A stretch of 64,000 nucleotides of DNA from Oscillospiraceae bacterium (GTDB taxonomy: Bacteria; Bacillota; Clostridia; Oscillospirales; UBA929). The stretch covers positions 5,241 to 69,240 of the forward strand of contig WRAI01000005.1 in the NCBI GenBank assembly GCA_009780275.1. Reading direction: 5' to 3'. The notes below the pieces were generated by a model. That model was not told the origin of the DNA and ran no database searches. It saw only the letters and a program-made list of their open reading frames with translations. The position numbers and the translations under genes are program-made. Shown here one piece after another: positions 18,153 to 25,696 of this stretch (the first letter of the stretch is position 1; each line of letters starts with the position of its first letter).

Positions 18153-19706
18153 TTACACCAACTCCACCCAATGCACAATGCCACCGTTGGAGTTGCCCAG
18201 AATAATGTACTCAACTGTCAGCTGCTCAACACTGTTCGGCGCAACGGTAACTTCCGCCGCCAATGCGCGCTCGTGGTGATGCTCCCAGTACGGGCGGCCG
18301 TCAACAATCGGCCAGTAATTGCCGTCACGTTCGACATAACGCGGGTCGTTGGCCTTGCTTTCGTCTTTGTCGATAATCGCGTGGCAGTTTAACTTCGCGC
18401 TCAACGGGTTGCCGTCACGGTCGCGGATTACCACGTTCAATGCACCGGCAATCGCGCCTTTTTTGTAAATCTTAAACGTGCGCGGCTTTGTGCCGGTGTT
18501 TGCCAGCGTAAAGTTGTCTTGGTACGGAATCATCCAGTTGCCAAAGTTGCCGGGACGTCCTGCACCGTCGGCGCAATCGTTGGTCAAGAACACTTCTTTG
18601 CCGTCCTCGGTGATGCAACGGAAACTCGACATATCTGTGCCGACAGCCCTGCGGTTGTTTTGCGAGTTCAGCGCGTTTTCCCACTCGTCGCCTTCAACGA
18701 GATTTTCTTGGCTGTTGTAGACGGCATAAGGCTCGCGCTTGGCAAGTTCGCCGGTGTCTTCAAAGTTTTTAACCGTCGGGTCAAAGCTGTTTTTGTACCA
18801 AACAGGCAGCTTGCCTGCGGGTGTCAAGTCGTTGACCGTCCAGCCCGCGTCGGTTTCAATCAGACCCATTGCGTCGTCGATACCTTTGTATTGCGCCGAG
18901 AAGTTGACGTTTTCTTCAATGCCCTTGTGCGGGTTGTATTGAAAACGCTCAACAACGTAGCCTTGTTCGGGGCCGTTTTCGTCGCAATATTTCGCGTCGG
19001 TGTAGAAGTACAGCGAGCCGGTAATATCTTCGCCTTGTTCTATGTCAAACAGTACAACGCCGTTCATGCAGCGGCCGTTAGGCACAATGCGGTCGGCGGT
19101 GTCGCCAATGTTGTGGCGCGAGAAATTGTCGGCAACCGTGCCGCCCATAATCCAAATGTATTTGCCGCTAGGCACGGTGATGGTCATTGGCTCAAACTTT
19201 TTCGGCACGTGAGGCAGGAAGTCTTGTCCTACATAGTACCAGTTCTCTTCGCCTTGCTTGTTATAGTAGTCGGCGGGCAGGGTGTGTTCCACGTTATAAA
19301 AATCCGCCCATTCGCGCGCACCGAGCCACTCGCCGCAGTATTGGTAGCCGATGTTGTAAATCGTAACCACCATGTCCTTTGCGCCGTTGTTGACCAGGCG
19401 GTAACCGGCATAAATGTCCATTTCCGACCAGTTGGAGTGTTCCCAGGTAAAAAAGTAGCGACCTTTCATGTTGCGCGTACGCATATTGCAGACGCCGGGG
19501 CTTTTTTCCGACGCAATGTCTTGCCAACGTAACATTTCGGGGTTATTGGCATAAATGTACCGTCCGTCGGTGTTTTTAATGCACTTAATTTCGCAAGGTA
19601 CACAGGGGTCACTGTCAGGTGTAGCGGCCGGCACTTGCGGTTTTGGTGTACCCATCAAGCGGGTCTTGTAGGGCAAATAATCGCGTAACGGTTTGGCGTT
19701 TGTCAT
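18153..19706 (-). CDS. Hypothetical protein, 517 aa, no family recognised
   Basis: Long uninterrupted ORF with an AAGGAGTG RBS. No signal peptide. Aromatic/Asn/Gly-rich. Same strand as the GH20 gene and immediately upstream of it. Confidence 0.7.
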   Translation of the reverse strand: MTNAKPLRDYLPYKTRLMGTPKPQVPAATPDSDPCVPCEIKCIKNTDGRYIYANNPEMLRWQDIASEKSPGVCNMRTRNMKGRYFFTWEHSNWSEMDIYAGYRLVNNGAKDMVVTIYNIGYQYCGEWLGAREWADFYNVEHTLPADYYNKQGEENWYYVGQDFLPHVPKKFEPMTITVPSGKYIWIMGGTVADNFSRHNIGDTADRIVPNGRCMNGVVLFDIEQGEDITGSLYFYTDAKYCDENGPEQGYVVERFQYNPHKGIEENVNFSAQYKGIDDAMGLIETDAGWTVNDLTPAGKLPVWYKNSFDPTVKNFEDTGELAKREPYAVYNSQENLVEGDEWENALNSQNNRRAVGTDMSSFRCITEDGKEVFLTNDCADGAGRPGNFGNWMIPYQDNFTLANTGTKPRTFKIYKKGAIAGALNVVIRDRDGNPLSAKLNCHAIIDKDESKANDPRYVERDGNYWPIVDGRPYWEHHHERALAAEVTVAPNSVEQLTVEYIILGNSNGGIVHWVELV

Positions 19707-19761
19707 GGGATTTCACTCCTTATATGTAGGTTTGTGGCTAGTGTACTGTATTTACACAGGA

Positions 19762-19790
19762 TTGTCAACAGTTGGATTGTGTGGTATGAT
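19762..19790 (+). promoter_or_regulatory. Extended -10 SigA-type promoter of the kinase islet
   Basis: TTGTCA (19762-19767), 17-nt spacer, TGGTATGAT (19782-19790). Confidence 0.55.
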
Positions 19791-19854
19791 GTAGGAAATT
19801 TATATTAGGTGCGTTGCCGACATCTGATAAATTTAGAGTAAGGAGAGGTTGAAA

Positions 19855-20805
19855 GTGGAAAATAAAGGTCATATAAATGATGCGCCATATATGCAGCGAT
19901 TAAGCGATTTTATTTCACAAGAATACAATCTTATCGCAAAGTCAATCACGCCTGCGGCTCGTGGTTACTATGGCGAAACATGGCGGCTTGATACAACTGA
20001 TAAGAGCTATTTTGCCAAAGTAGATTATTTTATGCGCCACCAAATAATCTTTCAAAATAGTTTGTCCGTTATAGAATATCTTTGCGATAACGGCATTGGT
20101 TTTATCCCTAAAATTATCAAAACGAAATCTAACATGCTATATTCCGAGTTTGACTCGGCAACTGTGGGCTTGTTTGAATGGATTGATGGAACAAACATCG
20201 AAACAGATGAAACAAAAGTCGCAGAATACCAAATGTTATGCGAGATATATCCATTAACTAAACAAGGTTTTGGCATTCCGACTATGACATTTTCAAATAG
20301 CGTGGTTGTTCAAGTTTATGAAAAGTGGGAATCCCTCAAAGATACACATCAAAACAATGTTATTCTATCAACTCTTGAAAAATACAGGGAAAATTTATCG
20401 CATTGTGCGTCACGCTTGGCTCACTTTTCATCAGTTTGTCGCATGAATACAGACCATTTTTATTTTACGCACGGAGATGCAGGAGGGAACTTCTTTGTAG
20501 GCAACGACCGAAATTATTTCGTTGATTGGGACGAGGTTATTTATGCGCCGATAGAACGCGATGCGTGGGTAATGTGTTGCCATGATTGGGCGCGAGCGTT
20601 ATTTAATGATACGCTCAATAAAAATAACATTCCTTATCAGTTACGCATGGAACGACTTGCCTATTATTGCTACTATATGCTTTTTTGGTATCTTGGCGAA
20701 TTTTTAGCAGATATTGAAAAACCGGATATAGCAAAAATAATAGACGAATATCTCGATGAAACTTGTTGGATTTGGGATAGAGTGCGATTTGCTGATAAAG
20801 TGTAA
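19855..20805 (+). CDS. Phosphotransferase enzyme family protein (APH/choline-kinase fold)
   Basis: Catalytic loop FTHGDAGGNFFV followed by VDWDEV. AGGAGAGG RBS. The start is GTG 19855 or TTG 19849. Confidence 0.75.
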   Translation: MENKGHINDAPYMQRLSDFISQEYNLIAKSITPAARGYYGETWRLDTTDKSYFAKVDYFMRHQIIFQNSLSVIEYLCDNGIGFIPKIIKTKSNMLYSEFDSATVGLFEWIDGTNIETDETKVAEYQMLCEIYPLTKQGFGIPTMTFSNSVVVQVYEKWESLKDTHQNNVILSTLEKYRENLSHCASRLAHFSSVCRMNTDHFYFTHGDAGGNFFVGNDRNYFVDWDEVIYAPIERDAWVMCCHDWARALFNDTLNKNNIPYQLRMERLAYYCYYMLFWYLGEFLADIEKPDIAKIIDEYLDETCWIWDRVRFADKV

Positions 20806-20891
20806 ATCTATTTCACAAAATAAACAATTTTGACAACGCCGTTGGCATGTCAAAGCAATAGCAAAATTTATATTTAGTGTAGGAGGCTAGC

Positions 20892-21350
20892 ATGGCAACA
20901 TTGCATTTAATGATAGGACTGCCGTGTAGTGGAAAAACCACTTATGCTCGCAAACTTGCGAACGATATAAATGCTCTTTTGCTTACGCCTGATGTTTGGC
21001 ATATAAAACTTTTTGGTAATGATATAAGGCATGAAAATCATGATATTAATCATGATAACGTTGAAATGCTTATGTGGGATGTGGCAGAGCAAATATTAAA
21101 ACTTGGCTGTGATGTAATTCTTGATTTTGGGTGCTGGGTGCGTGTTCAACGAGATGATTTTAGAAATCGAGCGAAAAAATTAGGAGCAAACTTTAAGCTG
21201 CACTACATGGATGTTCCTTACGAGGAATTGTATCGTCGTTTGGAACAGCGAAATCGAAATCTACCCCAAGGCATATTTGAAATCCCCAAAGAGGAAATGG
21301 ATAAATATATTTCTTTTTTTCAACCGCCAACTTCTGATGAATTGCAGTAA
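20892..21350 (+). CDS. P-loop kinase (AAA_33-like ATP-binding protein)
   Basis: Walker A GLPCSGKTTYARKL. 152 aa. AGGAGG RBS. Confidence 0.7.
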   Translation: MATLHLMIGLPCSGKTTYARKLANDINALLLTPDVWHIKLFGNDIRHENHDINHDNVEMLMWDVAEQILKLGCDVILDFGCWVRVQRDDFRNRAKKLGANFKLHYMDVPYEELYRRLEQRNRNLPQGIFEIPKEEMDKYISFFQPPTSDELQ

Positions 21351-21409
21351 GCAAATGCCGCAAAATAAGCATTTTCTACGCAATTTATGCGCCATCGGAG
21401 GTACACGCT

Positions 21410-22531
21410 ATGACACGCAAACAACGCCTGCACGCTACGCTTGCTCGCCAAGCCGTTGACTGTCCTGCGGTCAACTTCTACGAACTCAACGGGCTTGACG
21501 AAAACCCTAACGACACCAACCCGTACAACATCTATAATCACCCGTCTTGGTTGCCGTTGATTGAGTTGACGCGCGATTTTACCGACCGTATTGTTATGCG
21601 CGGACTGCCTGTGCGGTACGCCTGCGACCCGCTTGCCGAATTGACGCACACCGAAACATTTACCGCCCCCGACGGCACGCACAATGTTATTACCGAAATC
21701 CGCGCAGGAAACCGCACATTGCGCCAGCACACCAAACGCGAGCGCGATATAAACACTGTGTGGGTGACTGAGCATTTGTTGAAAGACGAACAAGACCTTG
21801 CGGCGTGGATAACGCTGCCGCCGCGCGAGGGCGCGTTTCATGTTGACACAAACGGCGTACTTTCCGCCGAGGAAACGTTAGGCGACAGCGGCATTGTTAT
21901 GCTTGACGTAAGCAGTGCACTTTGTACAGTGGCGAGTTTGTTTTCGATGGAAGACTTTACTGTTATCGCAATGACAGAACCAGCTTTGTTTGAAGCGGCA
22001 ATCGAAAAAGTGCACGTTTCGCGTTTGCGTGACGTTGAGGCAGCATCGCGTGAGCTGCCCGGGCGATTATGGCGCATTCACGGTCCCGAATACGCCGCAC
22101 CGCCGTACTTGCCGCCGCAGTTGTACAAGGAGTATGTCGCCAAATACGACAGGCAACTGGTTGCCGCGATACAGGCGCACGGCGGTTATGCGCGTTTGCA
22201 CCAACACGGAATGCTGCGTGATACGTTGGATATGATTGTTGATATGGGCGTAGACGCCATTGACCCCATCGAGCCGCCGCCGCAAGGTGACGTAACGCTT
22301 AAATATGTGCGCGAGCGGTACGGCGATGAGCTGATTTTGTTCGGCAATCTCGAAGCCAGCGACATAGAAACGCTGCCGCCGGCGCAGTTTGAGCGTAACA
22401 TACTGACAGCACTCGAAGAGGGCGGCAAAAACTTTGTGCTAATGCCGTCGGCGTGTCCATATGGACGGGTATTGTCGGAGCGAGCGCTAGAGAATTATAG
22501 GCTGATGGTCAAAATTGTTAAATTTTTGTAA
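21410..22531 (+). CDS. Uroporphyrinogen-decarboxylase (URO-D)-fold family protein
   Basis: N-terminus MTRKQRLHATLARQAVDCPAV. 373 aa. C-terminal ...GVDAIDPIEPPPQGDV..LFGNLE.. resembles a TIM-barrel layout. GGAGG RBS. Confidence 0.55.
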   Translation: MTRKQRLHATLARQAVDCPAVNFYELNGLDENPNDTNPYNIYNHPSWLPLIELTRDFTDRIVMRGLPVRYACDPLAELTHTETFTAPDGTHNVITEIRAGNRTLRQHTKRERDINTVWVTEHLLKDEQDLAAWITLPPREGAFHVDTNGVLSAEETLGDSGIVMLDVSSALCTVASLFSMEDFTVIAMTEPALFEAAIEKVHVSRLRDVEAASRELPGRLWRIHGPEYAAPPYLPPQLYKEYVAKYDRQLVAAIQAHGGYARLHQHGMLRDTLDMIVDMGVDAIDPIEPPPQGDVTLKYVRERYGDELILFGNLEASDIETLPPAQFERNILTALEEGGKNFVLMPSACPYGRVLSERALENYRLMVKIVKFL

Positions 22532-22614
22532 ACAATCGCCAAAAACACTTGACGGATATATATATAATGGAATGCAAGGATTCTATCCTACATTAAATGA
22601 GGAGGTTCTTGCAT

Positions 22615-22836
22615 ATGAGAAAAAGGATTAAGCGCGTGGCGGCCGGTCTGGTGATGGTGTTTCTCTTTTTTAGTCTAGTGGCGTTTATCTCGCCACAACA
22701 GGCTGAAGCCACAAATCCTTATGGGCATAGGCCACCTTATTTTTTCCGCGGCCGTCTTATGCCGGCCAGTGTGAACAGCCCCTTTAACTGGCGTTTTCAT
22801 ATCCATAATCTGCCCCAAGGCGGAATGCTTTTCTGA
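22615..22836 (+). CDS. Small secreted protein (73-aa precursor, ~41-aa predicted mature part)
   Basis: GAGGAGG RBS. Signal peptide MRKRIKRVAAGLVMVFLFFSLVAFISPQQAEA. The mature part TNPYGHRPPYFFRGRL... is rich in Pro, Arg, His and aromatic residues. Confidence 0.55.
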   Translation: MRKRIKRVAAGLVMVFLFFSLVAFISPQQAEATNPYGHRPPYFFRGRLMPASVNSPFNWRFHIHNLPQGGMLF

Positions 22837-22993
22837 CGATGTCGGCATACTTTTGTGTCCACACTGGAACATCAAAACAGCATATGTTCCAACTCAGAAT
22901 GACATACTCGGCATTGTTGCCCATAGCCGACAATCTCCCTTATAAAAACTAAAACCATATCAGTTTTCAATTTCAAATCAAGGAGGATATATC

Positions 22994-23761
22994 ATGAAAA
23001 AGACTATTTTTATCTGCATTCTCTCATGCCTCTTTTTGTTGGCAGCTTGTGGAACCCCTCGTGAGCCGACTACGGAGCAAACGCCAGAATATCAGGCGAA
23101 TATCCCTCTTAGCGACGATGTTATCAGCCCAGACGGCACTATCAACTTTGAGCATGTAATCCTCCCAGAGCCAAGCACTTATCCCGCCGTTATGCTTATA
23201 TCCGTTGCTTGGCTGGGGGATACGTGGGAACAATATTTTGATGCATCCGAAGTCGTTATTATTGCACACGTAAATAATGTTGATCGCTATGGGTACTATG
23301 AGATGGAAGGCTATGAGGACGGCCATTATATCAGCCTGCCAGAATCATTTCCGCGATTAACCGTTATTGATGTCTTCAAAGGTGATTTGCTGCCCGGCGA
23401 CAATATTTTACTTCGTCAAATAGGGTACACTACTGAAGATAGCCACGACTTTGGAAGCGTGCAGGGCGTCCCGCTGTTGAGGGAAGATATGGTTGTGCTG
23501 TTATTCTTAAACGAATTTTCTATTGACACACCGGAACGTCTAGCGCATATATCGCTTGAAAATATGCCCGTATTCAGCGTTGTGGGCGCGTATCAAGGCG
23601 CATTCTTTTTCGATTCAAGCGGGTATATGCATCAAAGCAGTTTGTTTGGCCCTGAACCCTCAACGTCCAAAGACATAGAAGAGCTTCATTATGCTGATAT
23701 TGTGGCATTGCTGCAAGAAGTAAGCCTGGTCAACGCACAAAATAACGACGATGAGCAGTAA
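22994..23761 (+). CDS. Lipoprotein of unknown function
   Basis: AAGGAGG RBS. Lipobox in MKKTIFICILSCLFLLAACG. Confidence 0.7.
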   Translation: MKKTIFICILSCLFLLAACGTPREPTTEQTPEYQANIPLSDDVISPDGTINFEHVILPEPSTYPAVMLISVAWLGDTWEQYFDASEVVIIAHVNNVDRYGYYEMEGYEDGHYISLPESFPRLTVIDVFKGDLLPGDNILLRQIGYTTEDSHDFGSVQGVPLLREDMVVLLFLNEFSIDTPERLAHISLENMPVFSVVGAYQGAFFFDSSGYMHQSSLFGPEPSTSKDIEELHYADIVALLQEVSLVNAQNNDDEQ

Positions 23762-23768
23762 ACTTGCT

Positions 23769-23802
23769 CACAAAGAGCCGGTCAAATGACCGGCTCTTTG
23801 TG
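23769..23802 (+). terminator. Strong hairpin terminator candidate
   Basis: CACAAAGAGCCGGTC-AAAT-GACCGGCTCTTTGTG gives a 15-bp perfect stem. The U-tract is weak. Confidence 0.6.
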
Positions 23803-23848
23803 ATTGTCAATATTTACAGAAAGTTCATTTTTAAGAGGCCAAATTTGC

Positions 23849-23877
23849 TTGACATCCCTGCTGCCATTTGCTATAAT
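23849..23877 (+). promoter_or_regulatory. Consensus SigA-type promoter of the M23 peptidase gene
   Basis: TTGACA (23849-23854), 17-nt spacer, TATAAT (23872-23877). Confidence 0.7.
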
Positions 23878-23962
23878 GACAACGTTGTAACTTTTTTGTA
23901 GCCGCTTTGTTACCTTCATATTTAGCGACGCATAACATGAAAGTACACAAACCAACAGGGGG

Positions 23963-25642
23963 ATGAACTCTATTATGCGACAGATTGCCATCCCACGCGG
24001 CGACGCGTTGGGCGACGCAGCACGAATACATAAAAAGACTCAAAGCGTGCGCCGATTGGAAAAATCGCGCCGCAATATCGAACGCATGGCCATAAAAGGT
24101 CAAGTTGCGTCCGGTGCTATACTACACAATGTGCGCCCAAAGCTGTCATTGTTTGGACGCTTGCGGGCTTTTGTGCTATCAGCCAAGCATAGAGGCTATA
24201 TTTTCGGCGTGTCGTTCCGAGAAAATGCGTATCGCGCACTCTGTGCGACAGGTCGGACGCTACAAAGTCCTTTTGTCGGCACATGGCGGCGCATTCGGGC
24301 ACGTGATCACAAAGTTTATCGCCATGCACGGCTGAATGCCATTATCGTAACATTGCTTGTGGCCGGTGTCATTACTGCCATCGGGTTCTTTGATTTCGGC
24401 ATTGCCGTTGACTTTAACGGTGAGCAGATCGGATTTGTTGCCAACCAGCAGGTGTTTGACAATGCGGTGTCTAATGTCAACCAGCAGGTTTCACGTATGC
24501 TGGGCGAGCCATTCCGTATGGAGTTGGACGTCGCTTACCACTACTCACTTGTTGACTCTCGGCAGATGTTAGAACAGCGCGACATTGAGCGCATTTTGTT
24601 CTCCTCGGTTGAGGGTCTTGACACCGGCTATATTTTGACCATTGACGGCACACAAGTCGGTGTTTCCGATTCACGCGAAAAACTTGATACACTGATTGAA
24701 GAGTACAAAGAGAGCCATGTTGAGTACGGTGTGGCAGTGGAGATCGCGTCAGATATTGAAATTTCACGAAACTGGGTCAGCGTTGACACATTTATGGGCA
24801 AAGATGAGCTCTATGAAGTGTTGCACCGTCCGTTGCGCGGCACTGTTGAATCAACAGTCAACGAAGGTGACACCATTGCGTCGTTCGCAGCCGCCTACGG
24901 TATGACGCCGGATATTTTGAAAAGCCTTAACCCCGAAACGCTCAATGGCGAAGATGTTGTTCCCGCAGGTACACGCTTAATCGTTAACCCGGCATTGCCA
25001 TTGGTGTCCATGGCGACAACCACGACCGTTGAAGTTGAAGAAAGCATCCCGTTTGAGCGTGAAACAGTCAACAATGCCAATATGTTCCAAGGCGAGCGGC
25101 GTGTTTCACAGCAGGGTTCTTATGGCACACGAATGGCTACTTTTGACGTACGCGTTGTCGATGGTTTTGAGCAATCGCGCACATTAGTTAGCGAAACCAT
25201 TACGCGTGAGCCTGTCACTGAGATTACACAAGTCGGCACGCGAGCGCGCCCCGCCACTGTGGCGCGCGGCAACTTTGTCCGCCCGCTACGCGGCAATTTC
25301 CGCGTGACTTCACACTTTGGTTGGCGGCGTTCCGGCTTCCACCACGGCGTTGACTGGGGCGCGCCGTTTGGCACACCCATTCATGCGGCTGACGGCGGAC
25401 GTGTTGCCTTTGCAGGACGACGCGGCAATCTGGGTCTGGTTGTTGAAATCGACCACGGCAGCGGTGTACGTACTGTTTATGCACATGCCAGCTCTATCCA
25501 AGTCAGCGTCGGACAGCAAGTTTTCCAAGGCCAGCAAATCGCGCGCGTTGGCTCAACAGGCCGTTCAACAGGCAACCACTTACACTTTGAAATTCGTTTC
25601 AACGGTAACCCGGTGAACCCACTGCATCATTTGCGTGGTTGA
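23963..25642 (+). CDS. Peptidoglycan hydrolase: membrane anchor, LysM, G5 domain and M23 metallopeptidase
   Basis: LysM region GDTIASFAAAYGMTPDILKSLNP. G5-like region ...QGERRVSQQGSYGTRMATFDVRVVDG...ITQVGTRA. M23 motifs HHGVDWGAP...GNHLHFEIR. The exact start is uncertain. Confidence 0.85.
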   Translation: MNSIMRQIAIPRGDALGDAARIHKKTQSVRRLEKSRRNIERMAIKGQVASGAILHNVRPKLSLFGRLRAFVLSAKHRGYIFGVSFRENAYRALCATGRTLQSPFVGTWRRIRARDHKVYRHARLNAIIVTLLVAGVITAIGFFDFGIAVDFNGEQIGFVANQQVFDNAVSNVNQQVSRMLGEPFRMELDVAYHYSLVDSRQMLEQRDIERILFSSVEGLDTGYILTIDGTQVGVSDSREKLDTLIEEYKESHVEYGVAVEIASDIEISRNWVSVDTFMGKDELYEVLHRPLRGTVESTVNEGDTIASFAAAYGMTPDILKSLNPETLNGEDVVPAGTRLIVNPALPLVSMATTTTVEVEESIPFERETVNNANMFQGERRVSQQGSYGTRMATFDVRVVDGFEQSRTLVSETITREPVTEITQVGTRARPATVARGNFVRPLRGNFRVTSHFGWRRSGFHHGVDWGAPFGTPIHAADGGRVAFAGRRGNLGLVVEIDHGSGVRTVYAHASSIQVSVGQQVFQGQQIARVGSTGRSTGNHLHFEIRFNGNPVNPLHHLRG

Positions 25643-25652
25643 TCATTGACAG

Positions 25653-25683
25653 AAAAAAGCCATCCAATAGGATGGCTTTTTTT
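25653..25683. terminator. Bidirectional rho-independent terminator
   Basis: AAAAAAGCCATCC-AATA-GGATGGCTTTTTTT lies between convergent genes. Confidence 0.8.
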
Positions 25684-25696
25684 GTGGGGTGCTAAT

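Noticed and set aside
18519-19532. 337-aa + strand ORF
   Set aside because: It is antisense to the 517-aa minus-strand gene, which has the RBS and the longer uninterrupted frame. The translated sequence is Val/Ala/Arg-rich and looks like a shadow frame.
19700-21420. Mobile-element boundaries for the low-GC kinase islet
   Set aside because: I saw no integrase, transposase, inverted terminal repeats or flanking direct repeats. I report it only as a compositional islet.
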